Below, one piece after another: positions 52,302 to 64,000 of a stretch of 64,000 bases of DNA; position 1 is the first letter of the stretch, and each line of letters begins with the position of its first letter. The position numbers were made by a program, and so were the translations under genes. Below the pieces are notes generated by a model. That model ran no database searches. It had not been told where the DNA came from and was given only the letters and a program-made list of their open reading frames with translations. Origin of the DNA: Octopus sinensis. Taxonomy: Eukaryota. The stretch covers positions 49,166,001-49,230,000 of the forward strand of contig NC_043012.1 in the NCBI RefSeq assembly GCF_006345805.1, in the 5' to 3' direction.

Positions 52302-53456
52302 GGTTCGAGAGACTGGTTAAGCAATAAATATTCTAGAGAAGATATGAAATAGAGAGTGAAGTGGAGGAATGAAAACAGACATGAGATATGCAGGGATATT
52401 GTAACTGCAGTTCCATTATTTAAGTAGAATGGTATACGTATAAGTTTCCTGTGCTTTGTGTGAAAGTTCCAATAGTATTTAATTGTATATATAATATATA
52501 CATAGATACATACATACATATATACATACATGCATTTATACATGCATAAATACATACATACACATATATATGGAAATATATATGCATATACGTACATACA
52601 CATATATGCATGTATAAACATACATAATTGCATGTAAGGCCTCTGCCACATGATTTTAGCACCTGTGTTGGTCGTCCAACATAAAACAACGTACATGTAT
52701 AAACACACAAAAATACAGGCACAAATGCATAGAATCAGTGAGAGAGAGAGAGAGGGAGAGAGGAAGAGAGAGAAGGTGAGAGAGAGAAAGAGAGAGAGAG
52801 GGAGAAGGAAAGAAAGAAAACCAGAGTGTAAGAAAGAGATGCATGAGAAAGAAAGTAGCGGGAAAATGTAGTAAAAGAAGTGAATCTAGAAATATTCCGA
52901 CTCCGTGGGAATGATTTCATACAAGGAGCGTTTGTTATTTCGTTCTTGTTTCGTAAGCAACTTGTGCTTTGCTATTTCTGTAACAGAAATGAGAAAGCGA
53001 GACAGAAACTTTTGTATTGTGTGGGTGGTAAAGAATCCGGCTTGTGAAAGAAAATGCGGACAAGATAAGAAATAAAGAAAAGTACGTGAGTGATTACTAT
53101 AGAGAAGCGGCGGAAATATGTAAGGCGAGAAAGAACGGGAGAGCGAGAGTGAGAGACTGAAAGAGAGTGTACGAGGGTGAATGAGAGTGAGTGACTGGAG
53201 AGGAAGAAAAAAACATGAAAGAAAGATAGAGTTGGAGAAAGATGAAAGCTAAGAAAACCGTGTGGGAAAAGTAATGCGTTTCGGCTACGAATAGATATCT
53301 AGAGGAAACTTCAAAATGAATTTATACAATCACACACACATGCATAAACATGCAAATGTCTGTTATTCATCTCTCTCTATATCTACCCCTATATCTACCC
53401 CTATATCTACCCCTCCCCTCTTCTCTCTCTATGTGTGTATGTGAGCGTGCTTTTGC

Positions 53457-53495
<39 letters not shown>

Positions 53496-53690
53496 GTGCG
53501 TAAGTTATTTGAGGACATAACTTTTTTGAGGGTCATTGCTGCATTTTTAACTAACTCTGTATAATCTTTGCTTCAGAAAATAATAATTGTAGGCCCTCAG
53601 TTTACATAAGAAATGTAGAGGTATACTGTTGTGATTATAAAGGATGTAAGTAGCGAGAGACTGAAGATGGAAACATATAACCAATATCAA

Positions 53691-54558
53691 AGCATTCTAA
53701 ACGTTCTGAAATTATCAGAACACCTGAATTTATCCAAATAGTTCAACAGATTACTGATGACAATTCCATAAAGTCCATGAGATCAATTGCAAAGACCTTC
53801 ATGTGTCAGAAGGAACAGTCAGAAATGTTGTTCCCGAAGACATCAGATATAAGTCTAATACGGTGAGGAAAGGTCAATTTGTCAGAAAAAAAAAAAGAAA
53901 AAAGAAAAAAGAAAATGCACTACATCAGATCTAAGAGGCACTTAAACAATCTGAAAAATCCAGCAAAAGATTTGATTTTGTTTTTCTCAAGCGAGAAAAA
54001 CTTCGGCAAGATTAAAAAGTTGACAGAAGAAATGACAGATGGTCAGACCCTTCTAATGTTCTAAGTGTTAAGAATACAAAATTTCCTGAAATTCTCATGG
54101 TTTTAGGGGTTGTCAGCAATAAACGACATGTGATGCCTCCTTAATTCTTTCCACAAAGCCTTAGAGTTGACTCTGCCGCATACGTTGAGGTCCAGGAAAC
54201 AATTGTTAAGCACTGGATTAACAGTGCATGTAAGGCGATATGAGTTTCAGTAAGACTCTGCACTATAACTCAAGCCTATGATAACACAGGAAAGGAGGGC
54301 TGAAAACTTTTCTGATCACATGACTCCTAATATTTGGCTTCCTAATTCCCCAGATCTCAATCCACTGGGCTATATTACATGTGGAGCGTTGTAGTGAGAG
54401 AGGTCAATGAACACGCCCATAACACAAAAGATTCTTTGAAAGCTGCCATAGTCAGAGTAATATCCAAAATGTATCAGGACCACTTGATTCGAGCATATAG
54501 ATGATGTAGATCTCATATAGAGGCAGTTCATGAAGCTGATGGTGGTTTTATTGAATAA
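53691..54558 (+). mobile_element. Decayed Tc1/mariner transposase (DD37D/maT-like)
   Basis: Frameshifted reading gives IRTPEFIQIVQQ..SMRSIAKDLHVSEGTVRNVV.EDIRYKS, FFSSEKNF, LMVLGVVS..HVMPP, FQ*DSA, IWLPNSPDLNPLGY..WSVV.REVN..HNTKDSLKAAI, DGGFIE*; catalytic Asp residues partly mutated. Confidence 0.88.
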
Positions 54559-54791
54559 CATGATAGAAAAGAACGTTTATTATTTTTTTATCTTCATATC
54601 AGTTTTTGATAATTAAAGTTATTACTTGCAATTATATATGTTTTCCTCTTTATAAATGTATATTTCTATACACACTCACACATATATATATATATATATA
54701 CATATATATATGCATGTATATATACAGAGAGAGAGAGAGAGAGAGGGGGATAGAGATATGTTCATATACAAATATATATACTATATATATA

Positions 54792-54822
<31 letters not shown>

Positions 54823-54986
54823 ATACATACAACTATAAATAACTATAAATGAGGGTGTCTGAGAGACACCACCATGCCGAAATAGCAGTCAAATCCCTGA
54901 CTCTAAAAACCACCTTAAATGTTCATATCGCACCATGAGATAAGACAGAGGGACAAAATAGACTATCAAAAATATATTACTGAATA

Positions 54987-55045
54987 ATTCAAGATCCTGG
55001 ATTTCTAGCTTTGCTTCAAATAAGCTCTGCATTCATCAGTTGAAT
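54987..55045 (-). ncRNA. Hammerhead ribozyme variant in direct repeat 1
   Basis: Minus: ATTCAA CTGATGA atgcagaGCTT atttg AAGC aaagcta GAAA TCCAGGA TC TTGAAT: perfect 6-bp stem I, intact core, near-palindromic stem III ATCCAGGAT, AUC site; base of stem II irregular. Confidence 0.6.
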
Positions 55046-55489
55046 ATATCAGATAGGCACATAAATACAAATATATATATATATATATATTATATACAGA
55101 ACAAACGTTATACTTACATATACGAACGTCCATACATACATATATATGCACGTATTTACAAGGCCAGTTCAAATCGCCCGCCAACCACCTCATAAGCGCG
55201 ATATGGTCAAAATAAACACCGCAGTGAATATAGTGACGAATTATATAAATTTATAAATAAGGATAATATCGATATTTAAATATCGATATTACCAAGTGGC
55301 CAGCATGGGAATAAATACCATACAAAGGTAATAATTTGTTTACAACTATAAATAAGGGTGTCTGGGAGACACCACTATGCTGAAATAGCAGTCAAATCCC
55401 TGACTCTAAAAAACACCTTAAATGTTCATATCACACCATGAGATAAGACAGAGGGACAAAATAGACTATCAAAAAGATATGACTGAATA

Positions 55490-55548
55490 ATTGAAGATCC
55501 TGGATTTATAGCTTTGCTTCAGATAAGCTCTGCATTCATCAGTTGAAT
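55490..55548 (-). ncRNA. Decayed hammerhead copy in direct repeat 2
   Basis: Same motif 503 bp downstream; GAAA->TAAA and one stem I mismatch. Confidence 0.5.
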
Positions 55549-55641
55549 ATATCAGATAAATTCATAAATTTATATATATAGATAGATATATATCCATATA
55601 TATATATATATATATACATACATATATATATATATATGTAA

Positions 55642-55695
<54 letters not shown>

Positions 55696-57218
55696 GTTTG
55701 TGTGTGTCACTGTATATGTCCGTGTATGTCTGCTTCTGTTTCCTTTTTGTGTTCACATGTGCGATTGTATGTATTCAAATTTTTATATATTTTTTCTTTT
55801 CTATTAAAGTTTTTGTCTAAAGGCGGTAGTAATAACATGGTTAACAAACGTAAGTCATGTGATTTATTCCATGAATAATCTCAAAATAAAATTTCCTGAA
55901 CAAGAAAATGAGACCGGAATATCGGGAAACCATTAAGCTAGAAAAACTAACGACCCCCCAAAAAATAAAAGAGCTCACGAAAAATCCAGCATTATTTGAT
56001 AATTTGAAAGGTAATGCGAGGTACAACTTTTTCATATCCCTACCATTTAAATGTCACAATGAAACTTCTTAGAAGTCGTTGCTCTACGGAGCTCTATCTC
56101 TGGCAGGAAAGCGAAAACGGTCTGACTAGCTGCCAGCTTTCTTACACCTTTATCAGAAACAGAATATATGCCCTTAGTCTGTGGAGACAATAGTAGCTGA
56201 TAACTATTCGTAAAGCCTACAAAATCGGACAGTTAAACCGGTTCATCTAAATTGCCTAAGAAAACTTTTATTGAAAGCATGTTTAATTAATTGATTACTT
56301 AATTGATTAATTGTACATCGTTTTTTGATCGTTCAAAGCTAAGTGTATACTATTTGATAAACTTTCAATTTTAGCGTCACTGTGATTACAACAAAGTAGT
56401 TACACCATATGTTTTTCTCTCTTTTGGGACAGAATAAACTTGGAACTCCACAGAGAATAGGACATCATCGATCTAGTTTGTCAATTGAATATGATATCAC
56501 TAGCCAGGTAACTGGTTAACTAATTAATAATGTACTGAGAAATAGACTGGGGTTAATTTAAAAGATAATCTAAGATAGATTTTTTATGGAATAAAATAAA
56601 GCAAGCGTGTTAGCCTTGCCGTGAAAAATTAAACAAAGCAGCTACAGGACGATATTTAATCAAATTTCAAGCGAAAGAGTCAGATTGAGCTGACAAATAT
56701 CTTAATTTCTTGGACAAGTTTGAAATTAGAAGGGCAATTTTTCCTGATGAAGCTCTTCTGAGATTGATAAAAACCATTTCTTGAAAAATCCTACATTTTC
56801 TCTCCTTAGCAGTTACAAGCATTGTAACTATTATACTTCACTTTGAGATTCATGTGTAGCAAAAACGTTACAGCTTATGTTATATTTCAAATGACACCCA
56901 AGTAACAAGCTGTGTGCTCTTATTTAATTAATTGGCTGTATTATCAGCGCATGAAGCCCTATGTAAAACCATACAGAACGGCTTAGCTGTGCCTGAAAAT
57001 TTTTCTATGTAAATAGCTATGAGATATACTTCCCCATTGACAGATGATGGGTATTTTTTCTTATGCCGTATAATTTGAGAATAAATTAAATTCCCTCCTA
57101 ATTTTTGCATTTTTTGCTCACAGATACATCAAAACCAATGCTGAAAAAACTGTTTAATGCCCACAGAGAGGTTAAAATTGAATATTTAACGAACTAATTA
57201 ATTTAGGCAACTGATGTG

Positions 57219-57275
<57 letters not shown>

Positions 57276-58327
57276 CATGTAGGTATGTATATATATATAA
57301 TGCCTACATGATTTGAATTGAAAAGTAATTACCTCTGCATTCGAGATTATAACCGAGATTCGATTAATTCTTTTGTTAATCTAATTATTTCAGGTTATTT
57401 ATAAGGCTAAGAACTTTGCAAAAATCTGAAACATTTCTACACCCGTCTTTCTAAATTTGAGAATCTGTTTCTTATCTTAAATCTGTTAACATTCCATGGG
57501 AAAATAGAAAATAGGAAAATTGAAACTTTCGTGCAAAAACATCAGCAACATAATCAACATTATTTAAACCAACTTTGAAAACGATTATGACTATTATTGT
57601 ATTAAAGGAAAAATTTTGGAAGCTACAGTAAATTTTATAAATATACTTAGATCTTTCTAGAATTAATGATGCTTTTCTATTAGAAACAAAATGATGAATC
57701 TGTAGTGTTTAGCTCCAGTGGATATAATAAAATGTAATAATTTATTGTATATTTGTTTGGTAAACTTCAGAAAGATGAAACTAGAAGCGGGCATCGATAA
57801 TATTTTAATTGACAGGTTACAGGGATAATTCTTTAGCTGTTTTACTTCTCATTCGAATATGGCCACACTGGAGCACTACCTTATTGGTGTAGCCTGACAA
57901 ACTACTATCCCAGTATTCATATTTCTAAAGTCTTGTAGTTATTTTATCATTTCCTTTGATCGAACCACTAGGCTACGAACGCAAACTAACACTAGTTGTC
58001 AAGCGGTGTCAAGCAGAAATACAGAAGCGCACACAAACATACATACATATATGCACACCAACAGACACACATATACATGTGTATTTGTGTGGGTGTATAT
58101 ATATGTATGTGTATACAATAGGTTTCCATCCAGATTCCGTCTACTAAATTCACTGACCAGGCATTGGTCGGCCCGTGGCCATAGTAGAAGAACACTGGCC
58201 CATATTGATCCAAGATGCCATGCACAGAGACTGAATCCACATTTACTTGGTTGTGAAGCGAACTTCTACGCCACACAGCCATGTCTGCTCCTAGTCGAAC
58301 TAAATTTGATATTAAATTTATTCAATA

Positions 58328-58715
58328 CTAGCAGTATCGCCCGGCGTTGCTTGGGTTTGTTTCGACCCTTTAGAATTGGAATTTTTGAAAAGTAAAAATG
58401 TTGCATTATGTAGCTTGTTATTCTCTTTAAGTGAACATTTTTCTGGTTGAAATGCACCGAAAAATGGCGACACAGCAGTCAAAAAATCGTAAAAGAATAG
58501 AGATTTTCATAGAAAAAAATACCTTTTTGATGTAAATAATTTTTGGTGTTAACATGGTCCGATTTGAATTTATTCTTCTACGGAAGGAAGAGCAAGTCTT
58601 CTATCACTCTCAATTTTGGTCAACTTGCGCTGCAGGGTCTCGGAGGAGACAGTGTTAATTGAAGGCTACCAAACCTGTCACACATACACAGCCTTCAGCT
58701 TTATATAGAGAGAGA
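58328..58715 (-). mobile_element. Non-autonomous Helitron, same 3' end as 1824-2216 with a different interior
   Basis: TACTAGCAGTATCGCCCGGCGTTGCTTGGGTTTG shared with the 1824 copy; other end TTTATATAGAGAGAGAT. Confidence 0.78.
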
Positions 58716-60191
58716 TTAAGTGCTATTGTATTATCTCACCCTACTACGCTCTTATAACCAATGCTGATTTCAACAATTGACACACGACTTAATGGCCATG
58801 CTTTATAAGAAAACGGTTATAATTCGCTAAAGAGACTGCAGTATGTTTTTTATACTCTTTCTATTTACTCAGGAAAAATACATGGCTGAATCAACTTCGA
58901 TGGAAATCGAATCCACGAGGTAACCTGATAATTGTAAACACCAAACATGAAAGATTAGCGATGTTATCGATATCAAGATATTTTATTCTGCTCTTACTCA
59001 TTCGTACCTGACATGTTTTTCCGCTAACGAGATATTCTTTAGATGTTCTTGTAAATATATGTTATTCTTTCCTGAACTATGTATAAGGAAAGGAACAAAA
59101 TTGTATGCTGTTGATGTAATTCATAAGTGTATTAATGGCGAAAAGGATGTGAATTCGGTTCAGCTGTAAATAGAAGCTCCTCCTATGGTTTTGAAATGCA
59201 AAAGAAAATTGGCCAAAATAAGTCCGGAGTGGGATGATGAGGGAGGAGGGGCTGTAAAAAATTTCATAACTATTTCCATGCAAAGATGCCCTTCACCACG
59301 CCATCATTTCGAAGACTGTGGTTTTAAAAAATGGGGGGGGGGAATCCCTGTTACAACAGAGTATTTATAACTTATTTGGTCTTCCTCAAACAAAACTCCT
59401 CTCCCCACCCCTCGGAAAAGATTTTCTCCACAAATTTCCTCATAATTGTAATCTATGCCATTTGAAAGGTATTTGTATAAACTTTCATTAAAAAATAGTA
59501 GGAATCATGTGAATTTTTCTGAAACTCTTTTCTCCCCACCCCCGGAAAAATTCATTCTCATAAATCTCTATATACTCTGAAGCTACAACATCTAAGCGGT
59601 ATTTGTACAAAATTTTGTTAAAAAGTATCCATTTTCTGGATGCTATGCGGCAACAGATTTGGTGGCATATACATCTGTATTTTATACACACGACTTTTCC
59701 ATTGCATATTTATTTCGCTCATTGTTTGCAATCTTCCCTCTCCTCCTCATTGTTTGCAACGTTCTCTCCCCCTCTTTCTCGTACACACACATTGCAAAGC
59801 TTACAGATGGGTTGCTGAATTGAAATCTCCATATTGCCTTGAGGGACACGTAAAACTTGACAAATTTCTCCCCCTACGTAGTTGGACAACCTTGATGTTT
59901 GCTTAAAAAAAAAGAGAGATTATAGCTGCGATAAAATAACGACAGCAATATTTACTAAGCAAATGAGCACCATTATACAAAGAAATTGATAATATTCCTT
60001 CCAAGCTTCTGATGTATTTTCTACACATAGGTGCAGGAGTGGCTGCATGGTAAGAAGCTTGCTTCTAAAACTACATGGTACCGGGTTCAGTCCCACTCCA
60101 TGACATTTTGGGCAAGTATTTTCTGTTATAGCTTTGTGCCGAGCAAAGCCTTGTGAGTAGATTTGGTAGACGGAAACTGAAAGAAGCCCGT

Positions 60192-60257
<66 letters not shown>

Positions 60258-61764
60258 GGTATATATACCTATGTATCTATGTATATCTTTGTATGTGTGT
60301 CTAACTGTGTTTGCCCCATCTTGACAACCGGTGATGGTTTTTTGCTTCCCCGTAACGGCAAAAGAGATTAATAGAATAAGTACTAGACTTTTAAAAAATA
60401 AGTTCTGTGGGTCGCTTTATTCGACTAAAATCCCTTGAAGGCTGTGCTCCAGCATGGCCACAGTCAATCAAATGACTGAAACAAGTAAAAAAGTTAAAGA
60501 ATAAAGATCTTAAATCTTTCTGTCAGTAGAGAAGTTTATCTTAGAAATAAAATTGATATTTTGAGCCAGTACAATCCTTTCGGGGTTGATAAAATAGGTA
60601 CCAATTGAGTACTGAAATCGACTTACCCCTAGCCGGTAACTGTTGGCCTAGTGCCAACACTCGAAACCAATTTTACTCTTTACAAAAATATATATTGTGT
60701 CAATTAATAAGTAAATTATTGGTGAACCGAAAATGCGATACAGATTCCATTTTCGACAGACACAACTGAATGCCATTCAGTTTGCATATAGTATTATTTG
60801 GCATTTATGTGAAATTTACGGTTCATCCCTCTCCAAGTTATATCATTTAATTACTAGGTATCGGCTAGAATTCATTAAAACAGCTATATGTTCAACCTAC
60901 TCCTGTATAACATTGTATAGTGTGAAGAGAAATCAATATTTTCACGCAGTAATCTCAGTGGGCTTTGATTAACATTGTAGAAAACATACTTTAAATGTTC
61001 ATGAGACCTAACATAAATAATTGTTTCTCACCTTACATAAACTTAACGTGTGACGCTGAGAAAAAAAAAAGGTGAAAGTAACTATTTGAATTTCTAGCTT
61101 TTACGTCTTCGTTCAGATCATATTCAAATAAAACGATGTGAAATGAAATCCCTCAAAGAATAACATGGCAATCGTGTAGAACATTGCAATATTTTAGTAA
61201 GGAACTGTTATCAGTTTGGAGAGAGTAGCAACTTCTGAAGACAACAGCTACACCATGACATTTCTATTCTTCGCTTCACCTGTTTCTCACACAGAAAGAA
61301 ACGGCAGGAATTCTATGTATTTGAAATAGATAAAAACAAGCACTGTACACACATATACACAAGCGCGTAAATACATATTCAGATACACACTTGCATACTA
61401 GTGCATACATAAATACACGAATAGATATAAATATGCATATACATACACATAAACATACATACACAATCCACACAAATATATGCGCAAACGTGAGTACATA
61501 GATATACACGAACAAGTAGAGACATACACGTGTAATTTCAAATATGCATATACAGGCATATCAGTGTGTAGTAATAAGTTTGCCTCCCAACCACATGGTT
61601 CCAGGCACGGTTACGTTGTGTGGCACTTTGCGTTAGATAAAATCTGGCCAAACGAAAACTTGTGCGTGGATTTGGTAAACGGAAATTGAATGGAAGAAAC
61701 CTTCCGTAGATATATATATATATATATATATATTAGATAACAAATCGTATGGTATACACATATT

Positions 61765-62592
61765 CAGGGTGTCTCAAAAGTCACTGATGGGTTTCAATTT
61801 TTAATAACTTCCTTAACTTTACAAACAGAAGCATGAAATTTTAATACAATACAAAGGACAAAATGGAAATTAATACGCACAAATCAAATTTTGCAACACC
61901 ACTCATGAAACATGATATCGCTTAGGTGGCAGCCACTTTTGGCTTCGCACGCCTGTGCTCTTTCCAAACCTGGCACCATAACACTCTCTGATTGGTGTTC
62001 TTCTATTGCACCACGATCTCTGGTTTGTTGACGTAAGCCCTCTCTTTCAGGTATACCCACAAGAAAAAAATCCGGGCTTGTTAAGTCTGAGGAACGTGAA
62101 GGCCAGGTGATATTGCCGTAGAGGGAGATTTTTCCCTCTCCATAGCACTACCGTAGCAACTGCATTGTATTTCTTGCGGTATGATCAATTGTCCCATCTT
62201 GCTAGAAACATGCGTGAGGTCTACTTTGAATGGCCTTCACGTCCCGTATACTTGACTAGTCCGGAGTTTTTCTTTTGGAGATACCTGAAGATCCTGGTGC
62301 AACTTCAGGAGAACATCAATAGAGAATCAAAGAAGCGGGGTCTGAAACTCTTGAGTGTTATGATGCAATTTTTGGAAAGAGCACGGGCGTGCGAAGCCGA
62401 AAATGGGTGCCATTTAAGCGATGTCATTTTTTTCATATGTGATGTAGTGGTGTTGCAAAATTTGGCTTATGCATATTAATTTCCGTTATAATTAATTTCC
62501 ATTATATGCTATCAAAATTCCTTGCATTTATTTGGAAAGTTAAGGAAGTTATTAAAAATTGACCTCCATCAGTGACATTTTGGGACAACCTG
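61765..62592. mobile_element. Fold-back Tc1/mariner derivative (two inverted transposase 3' halves)
   Basis: ~55-bp TIRs CAGGGTGTCTCAAAAGTCACTGATGG / CCATCAGTGACATTTTGGGACAACCTG; both arms encode WPSR.xDLTSPxFF.W.YLK ... ERAxACEAxxGCHLSD in opposite orientations. Confidence 0.85.
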
Positions 62593-64000
62593 CATATAAG
62601 TATGTCTAAGTGTATGTGTGTGTGTGTGTGTGTGTGCGTGCGTGATTGTGCGTGCGTGATTGTGCGCGCGTGTGTGTGTGTGTGTGAGGTCAGTAGGTCA
62701 AATATTCGAAAAGGAAGAACACTCTAAAACATTAGAGTAAGTAATAGAGGGTAAGTAATAGAAAGTGAGCATTGGTTATTCAACTTTCAAGCGCTTTACT
62801 GTATTGGTTGGAAACCAATAGCAACGCTGACCAGCCTTAAGAAACACCCTTCTAAATACACATATACACACACGCAAGCACGCACACACGAATACACACA
62901 CGCACATACACAGGCACATATGTATTTATATATGTGTGTTATATGTATATATGCATGTATCTATGTGAGTGTGCCTTTTTCATTTTGTATTTGTCCTCCA
63001 CACCGCATGAAAACCAGTGTTAGGTTATTTATGTCCCAGTAGCTAAAGAGGTCGATTTGTTTGACTGAGACTCGTCAAAGCAGTATTCCACCATGGCCCT
63101 AAATAGAAAAGAAAAAAATATCAATACACAGACATTAAATGGAAAGTAGTGGCTGTGTTGCATGGTCCCGGGTTCAGTCCCAATTGGTGGCACCTTCTGC
63201 TATACCATCAGGCCAACCAAAGTCTTGTGAGTGACTCTGGTATCCGAAAGCTGGAAGAAGCCCGACTTATATATATGTGTGTGTGTGTGTCTGTCAGTCT
63301 GTGTGTGCGCTTGCGTGTATATGTGTGTGTGTATATGCATGTATGTGTATGTGTGTATTTGTGTATACGTGTCTTTGTGCGTGCGTTCGTACTCCCACCA
63401 TCAGCTGACAAACGATGTTGGTGTGTTTACGTCCCTCAGACTTAGTGGTTCGGCAAAGGAGACCGATAGAATAAGTACTAGGCTTACAAAGAACAACACC
63501 TGGGGTCAACCTGTTCGACTACAAATTCTCTAAGGCGGTGCTCCAGATAGCCACAGTAAAATGACTGAAACAAATAAAAGAATAAAACACACACACACAC
63601 ACACACACCACACCACACACACACACACACGCAAACACACAAGCAAACATACTCGATGTAGAGACATGTATGTTTGCTTACGGAAACATGCAGACACGTA
63701 CAAAAGCAATAAAAAATTATTAGATGCATACATTTACGTATCATTCTATATGTATAAACCGCAAAGGAAACCTTCTAAGTCCTCACTCGGCCTGCTGGAA
63801 ACATCAACAAAGTACCCTTGAAATCACCCCACACACTCTTAAAATGGACACACGGAAAAAATGTAGTTCTGTATTCTCTTCACATAAGGAAAAGACAGGA
63901 TGTGTAAAGCTGGAATGCCTTTGATCCTGGGAATAACCGATTGAGGCAGACATGGGGTTAAGCAAAAAAAAAAAACAACAGAAATAAGTCAAGCAGGCAC

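Larger units (their letters stand above)
54835..55560 (+). repeat. ~220-bp direct repeats, period ~503-508
   Basis: AACTATAAAT.AGGGTGTCTG.GAGACAC.AC.ATGC.GAAATAGCAGTCAAATCCCTGACTC...TTGAATATATCAGATA at 54835-55055 and 55345-55560. Confidence 0.9.

Noticed and set aside
56740-56785. CTGATGAAG-CTC/GAG
   Set aside because: No GAAA/UH or stem I; chance match.
1-64000. CRISPR arrays, rRNA, prokaryotic-type operons
   Set aside because: No repeat-spacer arrays or rRNA-like sequence; eukaryotic repeat landscape.

Overview
Repeat-saturated, AT-rich animal genomic DNA. It is most likely a cephalopod (Octopus-like), inferred from the SINE families and the very high microsatellite density. No host protein-coding exon could be supported; almost all ORFs in the track are microsatellite or SINE read-throughs. 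Supported features: one intact tRNA-Leu(AAG) gene; about 35 copies of at least 5 tRNA-derived SINE families, several with clear TSDs; RTE LINE 5' and 3' fragments; a Penelope-like (PLE) reverse transcriptase fragment; a decayed Tc1/mariner (DD37D-like) transposase; a fold-back mariner derivative; hAT, Helitron and Merlin-like non-autonomous elements. The main unexplained signal is a set of self-cleaving-ribozyme motifs found by eye. One is a fully canonical type I hammerhead (28593-28667, minus strand) inside a 468-bp partial-tandem, inverted-end unit. There are about six further hammerhead variants plus several relics, all with palindromic stem III, and most run into (TA)n arrays or sit in long hairpins or direct repeats. 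An HDV-like relic lies at the 5' end of the RTE element. Hammerheads in PLEs/retrozymes and HDV-like ribozymes in RTEs are known classes; the specific families and variants here may be undescribed.
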